Source: Leucoraja ocellata (Eukaryota). From it: a stretch of 64,000 nucleotides of DNA. Positions within the stretch are counted from its first letter, which is position 1. Every line of letters starts with the position of its first letter. Below the pieces are notes generated by a model. That model did not search any database. It was not told the origin of the DNA and worked only from the letters and a program-made list of their open reading frames with translations. The stretch is from NCBI GenBank assembly GCA_036785375.1, contig JAWMAR010000245.1, forward strand, positions 310,001 through 374,000, given 5' to 3'. This document shows positions 48,321 to 61,250 of this stretch, in pieces. The position numbers and the translations under genes were made by a program.

Positions 48321-51300
48321 GTGAGTGTCCCCTCGCCCTCGCCGGACTGTGGCCCCTTCATGGCGATCCCAACGCCAAATAATGAGCATTGATTGCTCGG
48401 CTCGGCTCACTATTCCTGGAGGTTGTTTGCAGATGACAGGAGCATGCTGGAGCTCCAGGGTGGAAGCAGCATTGTATTGTTCTGCCGCTCCCGTGTTGAC
48501 TTTCCTCCGCTTGGAGTTGTGTTTGCAGAGTTGAAGAAGCTTTTCTCCCCTAGTCCGCCCCCGCCCGCCACTATTTCACCCTGTGCTACATTTAATTTTA
48601 TAATTTGCCTTCAAAGGATTCTAGTTAACTTGTTTCCCCCTCAGAGTTTGTGGTTGGTTTATGCCTGTTTGTTCACAGCTTCAGAAGTCATTGGAAACGT
48701 ATTTCAGCCAAATAACTGTAATCTCAGTTGGGAATGGTCAAGGTAGACAGTCGGACACAGAGTGCTGCAATAACTCAGCGGGTCAGGCAGCATCTCTGGA
48801 GTTTCAGCATCACCATTACAAACTTGTCACAATCGCTGGACATGGGTCGAATTTTACAGACCAGTTATCGTCCTGTGTTCTCCACTTTAGTTCAGATATT
48901 TATCCGTGAATAAACTTTTAGCAGGAAAAGTTTGTGCTAACTTTTGCCTAGTTTGAATTTCGATGGAGAGCACGGATCACATCTGGGTCTTCCCTTTCCC
49001 AGAGTATCAGTGGGTCGAGTCCAGCTCTCTCTCATTCGGAGGAGCTTGGATCCACGAGGCGGTGATTACTTCCTGCCCTCGGTGTCTTCCATTGTTGAAA
49101 GAAGACCAGATATTGGGACGGGACGGTTGTCAATGGAGGGAGGCAGTTTTTTTTCTCTTCCTTCTTGGAAACGGAGTTGACGCACATGTGCCTCCCAGCT
49201 GTAAAGTGGCCCACGTTGGTTGGCTGAGGGGCGAGGCAGGCTGCGCCTTGTGCGAGGTTTGTGTACATTCAACTCCGGCCCAGTTACATTGGGGCCGGGG
49301 ACTGACAGGCGATGGTCGGGATACGATTGCAAGCAGTTAATCCGTGTGAGTGGGAGGGAGGGGAGGGAGGAGGCCCCTGGTGGGTTTAGAGACCTCTCCT
49401 ATCTGCTGTGTAGCGGCTGTTTCCTTGTTTTGGAGGAGGGGGGGAGGGTAGAGAGGGGACTAGACCTGTAGTGTATCGACGCCAAGGCCTTAGCTCCAGC
49501 ACGTTTTCCTCCTGAATAAAATGCTCTCTTGAAGAAATTTAAACACAAACACGCCGGTCTCTGCTGGCTGCGTCGCTGAGCGAGGAACAGGGGGCGGCTC
49601 TGCCTTTTAGAGAAAGATAGATCTCAACTTTCCATGGAGTCTTTGTAACAAAACACGTTTAAGTGGTGCCGACTGTGTGAGCTGTGGTGACGCGGGGCTT
49701 AGCAGATTTACACAGTCACTCTGGTATTTACCAAGTGTCTCAGAATGCTGGAAAAAAAACTGGTTATTGTTGAAGTAACGTTTTAATGTAATATAATATT
49801 CTCCCAACCATTAAAGTGAGCATCATAAATCACTTTAATTTCCTTTTAAAGGCGGTGGAAGGCATTTCCCGACGTGCGGGGTCCACACTAACACAGGATA
49901 GGTGAAGCGTGGAGGTATTTTAAACGGTTCAGATGAAGTGATCAGCCTGCAATTGTTGATTAAAACCAGATCTGCCTTCAGTCAGATAGCGGGCCAGATC
50001 CAGAGTCGATCCCCTCCGTTTCCCTGGAGAAGAAAGGCCTTCCCTTTCTCTGTGCCACAACTTTGAGAGAGCGAGGTGAGCGCCAAATATAAACTTTATG
50101 AAAAGAGGAGGCATCGTGAGGGAGGGATGGACGTGTGGCTCCAGAGTTCTCGTTGCACGATTTATCTTCCACAATGTGTTCACTAATCACAAGTACAATT
50201 AAAAATACTTCGCAAACCAAACTTATTGAATCTACTCGTTCCAATTTGGGGGGGGGGGGGGGGGGGGGGGAATGAAATGTTTTAACTGCTAAATGGACCC
50301 CACCTTCTTCCAGCATCCTTCACATATGGCTACATTTGTCCAACCTGTTGGCAATTTTCAAGTGAATTATTGTGCAGGTCTTGGAACTATTATGGGCGAT
50401 TTGGCATCGTGTTTAAAATGGGTAAATAGGGGGTTGCCACAAATATAAAGCGAGTCGTTCAGCGCCAGACATTTTCTGTGAAGTAGAACTCGAATTGGAC
50501 GTGGTGAAACTGAGACCTTTAAAGAGTTCGAACATTTCCGGAGACCTATCCGGTCATATTTACATCGGTGATAAAATAATGAGTCCCATTTAGAGGAGAA
50601 CGTAGAAAATGTCCAGCAATCAAACGTGAGAATGAATGGGTCATAAACTGGGTCTCAAAAAGGGGACGTCTTGTTTGACAAAGTGAGATTATAAAACGAG
50701 TAGGCAAGGGAGACGTGACTGGGGGGTTTACTACGATTTCATAGGGGCCTTTGCGAAGATCAGTGAATGATGTGAGGGCGGGAAGCAAGTGGCGGTGTGG
50801 ATACAATACTTGATACAACCCTGATACCAACGGCGGAGACAGAACGACGGCGCTTCCAAGAGATTGAAGGTGGAAAACGAGGTTTGAAAAAAGAATCGGC
50901 GCTGAAGCTAGTATTTGTGATTTGCGTTACTCATTTTCGATTTCAGAATCACAAAGTCGTTTCATTTAAATGTCCAAGTGGCGGTAAGCGGTCTTCAAAA
51001 ATCCACTGCAGTAAACTCGGCAACATCATTGGACTAGTTTTCCCCTGAGATACAGGTTTTGGAGAAAAGTCACATTTGGAAAATGAGGATGAAAATGGAA
51101 AGAGAAAAGCATCTCAGAGTGAAATACATACACGAATAATGCAAACAAATCGATGTGAGTTAATGAGGCAGATTAACAAAAAAACAAGAACAAACGCCAC
51201 TGTTCTAGAGGATTGGAACTGAAGCAGGGATCGTGTAACTAACGGGTGGGAATGGCTGCAGACAATGGATGTCGACATTTGCAAGGTTGGCACCAGAAAC

Positions 51301-51344
51301 GTGAAGCAAGATTAAAGGTATAGAATAACACAAGGAATACTGGA

Positions 51345-51610
51345 AAGTGTAGGAAGGAACTGCAGATGCTGCTTTACACCGGCTAGACACAACATGCTGG
51401 AGTAACTCAGTGGGGTCGGGCAGCATCTGAGGAGAAACGGGACAGACTTGGTAGAAACTGGTCTGGCACCGTCTGTGGAAAGAGGAATATTCGTGGGGAA
51501 GAGGGAGTGGCCCACTCATAGACACCACAAATCAGACGCGGATGAAGTTCTTCTCCTCTGTCCGAGATGCTGCCTCGCCCGCAGTTTCTTCAGCATTTGT
51601 GTGTCTACCC
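51345..51610. mobile_element. Diverged PLE-derived palindromic insertion
   Basis: gtgtaggaaggaactgcagatgctg...tagacacaacatgctggagtaactcag ... gagatgctgcctcgcccgcag..tcttcagcatttgtgtgtcta. Confidence 0.65.
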
Positions 51611-52764
51611 GGGATCATGGAGAGATGTTTTTGATCAAGGAGTAGATAATGTGAACTTGCCGCTGCATAATGTGGTGGACTAATGGTGTTGGTGCATTTG
51701 AGGAAACTTGATGTGAGACAAAGGAACATGAGGTACCGGTGATAGTGTTGGGGGCGGGTGGTCACCCGGAGATGTAGACATGGTCTCTGAACAACGCTCC
51801 GTGTCCGATTCATTCTATCAAGGTGGGCAGTGCAACTTGCGCTTAAAAAACAAAACCTCTCCGCTATTTCAGCAGATTTAACGACGCTTTGAATAATCGG
51901 CGCAAATCTCAAACCGCAATGTCTTGAGGAAGGAGACACTCTAGAAAACCCCTTTGCACTCAAGTTCTTGATGTAATACTAATTCCTTCTTCGGCAGAAA
52001 TCCCCCAGTTCTGTGCGATTGGATTTGAAATCTACACGGACGCTGGATCTAACCTGTAGCGAATGTTGCCTCTCGCTGGCAGGACTCAGTTACTGCAACC
52101 CTGTCCTGTCCCGGCCCGGGTGGGATTTGGGGGGGGGGGGGTGGAGATAATTTCCGCCCCGTCTTTAAACTCTGCTTCGAAGTCAACCTTACATCCTGAT
52201 TCTTCTGGAATGTAAACCGCACACATGATTAATAACGGCCCACTCGGTCTACGGCTCAGATACAGGCATCATCCATTTTTTCGTTATACATAAATTCTGA
52301 GAGAATGGCGTGATACCAACTAAATTCTTTCCATTGCGCGCAGATCCTATTCCAATTACTCAATTTCAATGCACCGTTGACTGTAGAATTCAGTTGTACA
52401 TTTGTCATTGTTCCCTCGTGTCCAATATGCGCTGAAACCTGATTCATTTAGCATCAATTGTATTTCTAAGCCCCTTTAATCACAAGGGTAGTTGGAACTG
52501 TGCTCCTTGATTTGAAACGCAGCCACTCTGGTTGTTTGCTGATCATCTCCTTCCCTAGCCCGAGGAATGTCGGGTCTGGCAGCTGCCCTGAATAACATTC
52601 GGGAACCTTTGCTTTTTACTGAGATGTGGGTTGTGTGAGGACAATAGTTGTTCAGGTTGGAGTCCTGTGTCAGTGGTGGTGGGGCCCAGAGATCGGCGCT
52701 CATCCACTGATGTTTGTCATCTACATTGTATGTCAATGTTGTCAACATGGAGATGCAACGAAAT

Positions 52765-53190
52765 GAAGGTAGACTCAATGTGCTGGAGTAACTCAGCGGG
52801 TCAGGTAGAATCTCTGGACAATAAGGGTCGGTGATGTTTTGGGTGAAAAGTCACCCATCCATTTTCTCCAGGGATGCCTGACCTGTTGAGTTACTCCAGC
52901 ACTTTGTGTCCATCTTCAGTATAAACCAGCAGTTTGCACTGATGCTGGAATCTTGAGCAAAACACAGACTGCTGGTGGAACTCAGCAGGTCAGGCAGCAT
53001 AGCATCTGTGGAGGGAATGGATAGGTGATGTTTTGGGTTGGGACCCTTCTTTAGATTGATTCATGTTTTGGTTCAGGACCCTTTATCATTCCGATTCTAA
53101 AGAAGGGCCCCAACCTGAAACGCCACCTATCCATCCCATCCACAGATGCTACCTGACCTGCTGATATACTCCAGCATTTTGCTTTGCTCA
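52765..53190. mobile_element. Two adjacent PLE-derived palindromic insertions
   Basis: 52765-52935 and 52940-53190 each have inverted arms. The second has decayed hammerhead motifs on both strands (gggacccttcttta / agaagggccccaacctgaaacgccacc). Confidence 0.75.
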
Positions 53191-53209
53191 ATGTAGTTAA
53201 CATGGTTAG

Positions 53210-53530
53210 GCAGTTGGCAGATGATGCAAAAAATGGTGGTGCGGTGGACAGGGAAGAAAGTTATTTAAGAATACAACTGGATCTGGAGGAATTGAGGGAG
53301 TGGGGTAATGAATGAATGGCAGATGGGATTTAACTTAGACAAGTGTGAAGTGTCACATTTTGGTAAGGGCAGGACTTGCACAGTAAATGGCAGATGTTAT
53401 ACAACAGAGAGATCTAGTTCCCTGAAAGTGGTGATACAGGTAGACAGGCTGGTGAAGGTGGTGTTTGGTACGCTTGCAATCATCAGTCATTGAATACAGG
53501 AGTTAGGGTGTCATGTTGCGACTGCACAAG
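53210..53530 (+). mobile_element. CR1 ORF2 RT remnant
   Basis: gcagatgatgcaaaaaatggtgg (ADD.K) ... EWQMGFNLDKCEVSHFG (ORF 53308-53493), CR1 RT motifs. Confidence 0.8.
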
Positions 53531-55084
53531 CTACATATGAACGGAATGGTTCTTTCTGTTCGGTTCTAGACCCTAAAAGGAAATCTGAAATCTATTTGGA
53601 ATTCCTCTAAATTTAGGAGGAGTAGTTTAATATCTATGCCAGAAATGAATATTTATTAAAAGATTAAGTTGTCTGCATGCTTGCATTTATGTGTTAGCTA
53701 TCTATTCTCTAAAGTTCTGAATTCAAAATCTTCTCAACCCTGCAACGATCTTGTTCATATATCTAAATGTCCACTTGTAACCACCATAAAATTCTGCCTT
53801 ACTATTTTCATGATGTGTTTAATAGCATTTTTTCACAACTGACTGTTCAAAACTCATGTTTTCAACTGACACTTGGTCAATGGCCTTCAGCAGTGACGAC
53901 TCTGGATGTCCCATTTTATTTGGATGACATTTTCCATTCACTTCTTCTAATCTCATTCTCTTCACGTTCTCTTCTTCACCCTCTTCCTATTCTTCCTACC
54001 TTTTTCCAGGGTATATAGAGGAAGCCGCTTTACAAATATCATTTGTTATTACTGAATAACTGCCCGCATCAGTAAAGCTCAAGTCACTAATGTTCAAATG
54101 CACTCTCTATTTTAATATGACCGAGAGTGATGTTTGTGCCACTGTTCACAATTTAAAAAAATATTTAAAAGAGAAATGGAACTTGGACAACCTGTAACTG
54201 ATAAAGCTCATGTTTCTGGAATGAGTTGTGAGGGAAAATCTGCAGTAGATTTTATCTTTTTCAGTTATGTACTTTGAGTGATATCACAGTTTGCATTGAT
54301 GCCAACCATTTAGTTTTACTAACCTGTAAGTAGGAGTGAGACCATTCCAGGATTTAAAAAAATCAACGAGCCATCTTAAACATGGAAATATAAATTAGAT
54401 ACTAAAGTGAATATCCTTTGTGTTAATAGTGATCATTTCTAATAATCTAATCCAAGTTTAGAATCTAATCTATAAAATAATCTAATCAAGATTCCTATCA
54501 TTTTAGGATTATTAATAAATACCGGACAAGTTAATGCTTCTGCATACATTCTGTCTTCCTGTTGTATCTAACTGTATTTCATCACCAGATTATAAAACTT
54601 AAACTAAGATTAATTCTAGTGATTTTTATATCGCAATTTTCACATTCATTCAAAATAAATCATTACACGGTCAATTTGAAATGCTGTAACGTTTCATTCA
54701 AAATACCTCCTTGACTGCATCTTCTGTGATATTGTGAACTACTTCAATGTTATTTCAGATGAAGGATGACTGTACTTTTAAATCCCTAACCTGAAGCTTA
54801 TACACTTGAAAAGTTTGAGTGGCTGGGAATTGAACCACTTGCCCAACATAATCCACTCACTGGGTGGTTGTTACTGGAATAATAGGTGCCATAAAACATT
54901 GTGTCATCATTAATCCCAAAATATCAATATTTGGAGACTCAACAATGGTGTTGCCTTTGAATATTGGTGAGATTACTGAGTTTTTTCTTGTTCTGACTGG
55001 TCACTGACTGTGATCTACCATGTTTCAGCCCATATATGAATGTTGTGCAGGTGACTTCTACCAATAGTGCGAATTAAGTACAAA

Positions 55085-56015
55085 GGACAAAGTGCTGGAG
55101 GAACTCAATGGATCAGGCAGCATCTCTGGAGAAGATGGACATGAATAAGCAACATCGGGCCAGGCTGGGTGTCTACACTTGCGCATTGCAACAGGGAAGA
55201 ATGGGACATGATGGAGTTCAGATAGAGGCACTCCAGTCTATCCCGAGGGAGGGGGCGAACTAGCATGGAAGTAAATAGGGACCCAACACTGCAGGAACTC
55301 CTTGAAGCACAGGAGATTGGCGGGTGATCTTGTAGAGAAGGGATGAATGCAGATTTTTTATTTTACCATGGGCATGGAAATCAAAAACCAGAGGGCATAG
55401 GTTTAATGTGAGGAGGGCAAGATTTATTAAGAACCTGAGGGAAAACATTTTCACTCAGAGTGGTGGGTATATAGAATGCCCTGCCAGAGGAGGTAGTTGA
55501 GGCAGGTCCCCTACCAGTATATAAAATACACTTGGATAGATACGTGGATAGGAAAGGTTTAAAAAGTTATGTCAAAGTCAAGAGTCAAAGTAGCCTTTAT
55601 TGTCATTCAGACCTTGTGGTCTGAACGACATTTCGTTGCCTTGCAGTCCTACATGTAGTAAAAATGACAAAAACACACAATAAACACACATTAACATCCA
55701 CCACAGTGAGTTCACCAGGCACCTCCTCACTGTGATGGAAGGCAAAAGTCTTTAGATTTTGTCACTTCCCTTCTTATTCACCCTCTTATGTGCCAAGCAA
55801 GGGCAAATGGGACTAGCTTAGATGGGGCATCTTGGTCAGCGTGGATGAGTTAGCCCAAAGGGCCTGTTTCTGCGCTGTATAACCCTGTAACTCTAAATGT
55901 CCAAACCCAAAACATCGTCAGTCCATTCCCTCCCCAGATGCAGCTTGACCCCCTGAGCTCCTCCAGCCGTGTGTGTTTTGCTCACGATTCCAGCATCCGC
56001 TGTTCCCTGTGTCTC
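55085..56015. mobile_element. Nested repeats: PLE arms (about 55085-55140 and 55900-56015) around a CR1 3' fragment (about 55310-55895), itself interrupted by a minus-strand LINE tail (about 55570-55785)
   Basis: CR1 motifs accagagggcataggtttaatgtgagg and gggactagcttagatggggcatcttggtc. The insert starts with (tcaaag)n ctttattgtcattcag. Confidence 0.65.
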
Positions 56016-56929
56016 CATGTCACATACCATCCGCATGTGATCACTTACCCTCATTCCTTCATTGTCTCCGGTTGAATTCTAGCTAAGGTCACCATAACCA
56101 GGGGAACAGCAATGTTGGACAGCTCTGCCAACTTTCTGAAATGATGGTTATAAAATATGCAACTTCAGATCACATTGACACTTAATATCTTGATTAATTT
56201 TTTTTTCTTCTTCCTTTCGAATGCTCAATGTTAGTCTTTCTTGGTTACTTCAACATTTATTAATCACTTTGTTCACATAACCATCTGTAATCATTAGGAT
56301 CGTGGACAGGTTTGCAAAGACAGGGTGTATAGGTCAGATGATCTATTGTGAATTCCAAAATGCAGAAAAACATACCAAATGTCAAAAATACCAATTTTCA
56401 GAGTGAAGGGTTGCGTGCCCCCAGAACTCTCTGTCAAATAAATCTGGTGCCTTCATTTATTCTCTGCCCTTTTAGTCCTTTGTGGACTGATATTTCTTTG
56501 TTCCATCGTTGTAAGTGAAGGAATGTTGGGAAAATCTGTAACTAAAGTTACAACAATTATGCAGCCCTCCACATTTGGAGCATAATTACTTATTTTACTT
56601 TGTTTTCAAGGTCATATTTGTGTTCTCATTTGTAAATGTGCTTCTTCTGGAATCATTTGTCAGCTTTTGCTAATACAGCAGCTCTCTGCGCTTCGTATGA
56701 CCTGACCAGCAGAAATCCAACTTGACATTTTTAAAGCACTTTTCAAGTTAGTAATACCTAATTGGTTTCAATTGTTTTTATTGTATTTAGTAATAACTGG
56801 ATACTGTATATAGCTTAATTATGGGTAGTCTTAGGGTGATTATTCACTGGAATGAACAAATTATAACAACTATCTAGAGAAATACAATGTGGCTTACAGA
56901 TGTTTCTGAGTTTTCAAGAAATCAGCTTT

Positions 56930-57756
56930 GAAACATAGATGCAGGAGTGGTCCATTCGACCCTTCGATCCAACGACCCAGCACCGCCATTCAATATGATC
57001 ATGGCTGATCATCTAAAATCAGTACCCCGTTCCCTCTTTTTCACCCAAAATCCCTTGATTCCTTTATCCACAAGAGTTAAATCTCGCTAGAATTTAGTAG
57101 ATTGAGGGGAGGAGTTTATAGAAACGTACAAAATTGTTAAGGGGTTGGACAGGCTAGATGCAGGAAGATTGTTCCCGATGTTGGGGAAGTCCAGAACAAG
57201 GGGTCACAGTTAAATGATAAGGGGGAAATATTTTAGGACCGAGATGAGAAAAACATTTTTCACACAGAGAGCGGTGAATCTCTGGAATTCTCTGCCACAG
57301 AAGGTAGTTGAGGCCAGTTCATTGGCTATATTTAAGAGGGAGTTATATGTGGCCCTTGTGGCTAAAGGTATCAGGGGGTATGGAGAGAAGGCAGGTACAG
57401 GATACTGAGTTGGATGATCAGCCATGATCATATTGAATGGCGGTGCAGGCTCGAAGGGCCGAATGGCCTACCCCTGCACCTATTTTCTATGTTTTTATGT
57501 TTCTAACCCTCTCTTGAAAACATCCAGTGAATTGGCCTCCACTGCCTTCTGTGGCAGAGAATGCCACAGATTCACAACTCTCTGGGTGAAGGTGTTTTTC
57601 CTGATTTCAGTCCTAAACGGACGACCCCTTACTCTTAAACTGTGACCCCTGGTTCTGGACTCCCCCCAACATCGGGAACATTTTTCCTGCATCTAGCCTG
57701 TCCAATCCTTTAAGAATTTTATATGTTTCTATAAGATCTCCTCTCATCCTTCCAAA
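56930..57756. mobile_element. Minus-strand CR1 3' fragment interrupted by a plus-strand CR1 3' fragment (about 57083-57503)
   Basis: Host reads ...gagttaaatct | aaccctctcttgaaaacatcc... The insert is nearly identical to 7598-8020. ORFs 57214-57408 (+) and 57495-57795 (-) both encode CR1 ORF2 C-termini. Confidence 0.9.
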
Positions 57757-58575
57757 GATCTTATGGGGAGCTCTCCATATGCAATCCTTGTGCACCCCAA
57801 AGACTGCTTATACTTCTCCAAACTGTTCAGAGTGTGAGTAAATCGCTGGTTGGCGCAGACTCAGTGGGCTGAAGGGCCTGTTTCCGTGCTGTATCTCTAA
57901 AGTAGGGTAAAAGTCAGGTGAACATGGCTGATCGGGGTACACAATGCCAATTGTGGTAACGAAGTGTGTGGTTGAGATACTAAGCAAGTATTTTGCATTT
58001 TTACCTGAGAAAACAATGATGTCATGGTCCCTGTACAAAAATAAAAACAAACCTACTTTATGTTGGTTGAGCTGAACATCGATTATGAGAAGGTTTGAGC
58101 TAAGTTGGCTCTAGTTTAAAAGAAGTCATCTTGTTTGGATGGGACCCACACTAACCACTCCTCCACTTGTTCACCATCACACCTGGTCTGCGGCGCTTAT
58201 TGTCCTCATGTTGCACTGCCACCCTTCCTCAACAGCCCCTCCCCAAATGTGTGACCACCACCTGCTTCATGGACAAGGGTAACACTGATGGGGGAATATC
58301 TGCAAATCCTCTTCAAAGTCACTCGTTACCAAAAGCACTGCAGATGTTCCCCTAGTGTATAACTGAAGAAGAAACCCCTACCATCTCTGTGGTTATTGGT
58401 GAAGGGAAATAAATGGTAGTTTTCAGAGAGAAAAGAATCTTTGAGAATTGTACTCCAAGAGTTTCGAACAATGAATAAGAGGCTGTACAAAGAGAATGCG
58501 CTTTTAATTTCTTGTCATGTATAATACTTAGAACTTACGGGGTAGCAAAGTGTGCTACATGCACATTATAGTGTT

Positions 58576-58696
58576 CCGGGTCCCGACCTGAAACGTCACC
58601 TATCCATGTTCTCCAGAGATGCTGCTTGACTTGCTGAGTTACCCCAGCACTTTGTGTCCTTCTGTGTAAATCAGAAACTGCAGTTCCTTGTTTCCA
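58576..58696 (+). mobile_element. PLE-derived arm starting within the hammerhead motif
   Basis: gggtcccgacctGAAAcgtcacctatccatgttctccagagatgctgc... Confidence 0.75.
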
Positions 58697-58811
58697 CTAG
58701 TGTTGTTTCCATTGTTGAGTTTAGCCTTGGATATCATGTATCGAGATGTGACTGAGAAAGAGTATTGATAGGGTAGTGTTCTCAACGTGTAGCGTTCACA
58801 ACCACAGTTGA

Positions 58812-59128
58812 NNNNNNNNNNNNNNNNNNNNNNNNNNNNNNNNNNNNNNNNNNNNNNNNNNNNNNNNNNNNNNNNNNNNNNNNNNNNNNNNNNNNNNNNN
58901 NNNNNNNNNNNNNNNNNNNNNNNNNNNNNNNNNNNNNNNNNNNNNNNNNNNNNNNNNNNNNNNNNNNNNNNNNNNNNNNNNNNNNNNNNNNNNNNNNNNN
59001 NNNNNNNNNNNNNNNNNNNNNNNNNNNNNNNNNNNNNNNNNNNNNNNNNNNNNNNNNNNNNNNNNNNNNNNNNNNNNNNNNNNNNNNNNNNNNNNNNNNN
59101 NNNNNNNNNNNNNNNNNNNNNNNNNNNN
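58812..59128. other. Assembly gap (317 N)
   Basis: Run of N, seen directly. Confidence 1.
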
Positions 59129-61029
59129 CAGTGCTATCCATTGTTCTGGACAAGATACACCTTGGAGAAGCAATGGATGCAGATCAGGGCGCTGGGGGTG
59201 CAGTATGATGGTGAATGAGGAAGATCGGGACAAAGATAGGCCAACCTGGCGGAGAGGAGAGGAGGGGAGGGGGGGGGGGGGGGGCAAGAGAGGAAAAGAG
59301 TCGTGGGGAAGGTTGCCTCTACCAAGGATTTTCTAAATTCAGTTCGTCTGCATCGACATGAAGCAAAGAGTGGCGTATCTCCCATTCAGTTAGGGGGTCC
59401 TCAATGAAATATGTAGGGCACAACTATGATAAAGATGGGCCCAGAACACCTTGCTATTCACTGTAAGGTTTATCCCACACTTCTGGCTCTGCCCACCTTG
59501 GAGCAGCAGATATCTACAACATTCCCAAAATGTTGCATGTGGAGGATACGGATAATTTTACTCCAGGTGAATAGAATTTATCTGACTGGTCCTCCAGGAC
59601 CATAGGAAGTCATTTGGCTTTGATGAGCCTGGGGGCATCCCAGAGGTGCAGAGTTCCATTGACTGCACTTTGGTTACATAGTGGGTGAACTTCAAGACAC
59701 CAGAATGTACTGGTGCTACAGGTGTAGGATGTAACATGATGGTTACTTCCGGGGATCCATGTAGCAGTCAGACTGCACTAATCCACAGTGCCATTCATAT
59801 CTGAGCCAACACACACATGGTGGGCGCTGAATGCGAATTGCCATCATTAGTCCCATTCATGTTCTCCAGAGATGCTGCCTAACCCACTGAGTGACTCCAG
59901 CACTTTGTGTGTATCGGTGGAATAAACCAGCATTTGTTTCCACTCGTGCACCGGTTCTGCTGCCAGCACCATTATGGAGGAACCTCGAAGTTTTCTGCAG
60001 TAAAGGCTGTAACCATTTGTTGTGGTTTGCTGCATGTTGCTCTGTGTCGTAACGGCGTGGGCTCAGTTTTTGCTATCGTGAATTGCTGCAGAGCAGGAGG
60101 AAGCAGAAGAGGGAGGCATTGAGATCGAGATCCCTTTACCAGCTAGACAGTCAGATCGCAGCTGGACACTTAACAGGCACAATCCCAATCCTACTTTTGG
60201 TAACAATTCATGCCTTGACTTTACCTTGTTGACTTTCACAATGTTAAAATATACCCAGCTGACCATAACGAGAATAAAAACATGATCGCAAACCAAGCTG
60301 ACAAATCGAGTACCCCACATCTGCTTTCCAATCATCCCCTCCATGCTCATCCAAAAGCTGAGTATTGTCAGCACAGCTACCCTATGTCGAATAGTAAAGG
60401 ACATCTCTCTTCCTTGTTGTCTCATTGCTCCAGGCCTTCACTGTTCTGTCAGTACACAGTGGGGCCCGCATTCTGCCCCGTTACGTCACCTCTTGTCAAA
60501 AGCTGCAATCACCTTAGAATTGACATCCTCCAGAGCATGTCCTCTGTAAGTGGTGCAGGCTGCCTTTAATTAATGTTCCCCAACTCAAACGGTTTGAACC
60601 TCTCGCGAAATTGTGCCCCTTGGAAAGAGTCAGCAGCATAGTTAGTGACAGCTGAACACCAAAATTAAAAGAGCAATATGAGAACATGTTATTGTTCGTG
60701 ATAAGTGGCTGGATGGTGATCTTAACCAGTACACTTTAAATTAATTAAGAGCTCCATTAAAATAACTGATAAAGCAATTTGGTGTGATTGTGTTACAAAT
60801 TCTCGATAATTTCAAGCATATGTTTAAAAGTTAAAAAAACACAAAACATTGTCATGCAATTTTTAAGTTGTAGCAAAGGGGAAAGACATTTGGCCGACAA
60901 AATCATTGTCCGCTTGCTGGTAGAACTCCCTAAAGCTTTCTATCCATGGGACTGTAAACTACCCCCTTCACTTTGTGCATGAAGTCATTCCCAATCTGAG
61001 AGGTTAAAAACTCCTTCATCTGTGTCATA

Positions 61030-61250
61030 AATGGGTGATGCCATGATCTGAAATGGGGAGGTGGTGGAGGCAGATATAGTAGCCTCTTACATGCCTATCT
61101 AAGGCATTTACAGACTTTGACATTGGTGCATGGACATACAAGAATATGAAGCATGTGCAGTCAGAGGAGATCAGTTTAACTTGGCATCGTGTTTGACAAG
61201 GACATTGTGGGCTGACGAGGCCGTTCCTTTCAATGCTCTGTTCTATAAAC
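61030..61250 (+). mobile_element. CR1 3' fragment (others at about 61990-62210 and 63640-63960)
   Basis: ggtggtggaggcagata...tttaacttggcatcgtgttt..ca.ggacattgtgggctga...ccgttcct. Confidence 0.6.

Larger units (their letters stand above)
47000..49700 (+). promoter_or_regulatory. CpG-island promoter and first-exon region of a downstream gene
   Basis: Sharp rise in GC and CpG content, a (GT)n tract at 47140-47184, an NRF1-like TGCGCAGGCGCG at 47198-47209, GC boxes (ccgccccgccc at about 48555), and a strong splice donor at 48321. Confidence 0.75.

Noticed and set aside
47123-49471. Many overlapping 60-180-aa ORFs on both strands
   Set aside because: Expected from stop-codon scarcity in a GC-rich CpG island. 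None resembles a known protein.
50247-50270. Poly-G runs (also about 29096, 43508 as poly-C, 52129, 59270) as functional G-quadruplexes
   Set aside because: Simple homopolymers of uncertain assembled length, with no further support.
58782-59287. ORFs containing long X runs
   Set aside because: Artefacts of the N gap at 58812-59128.
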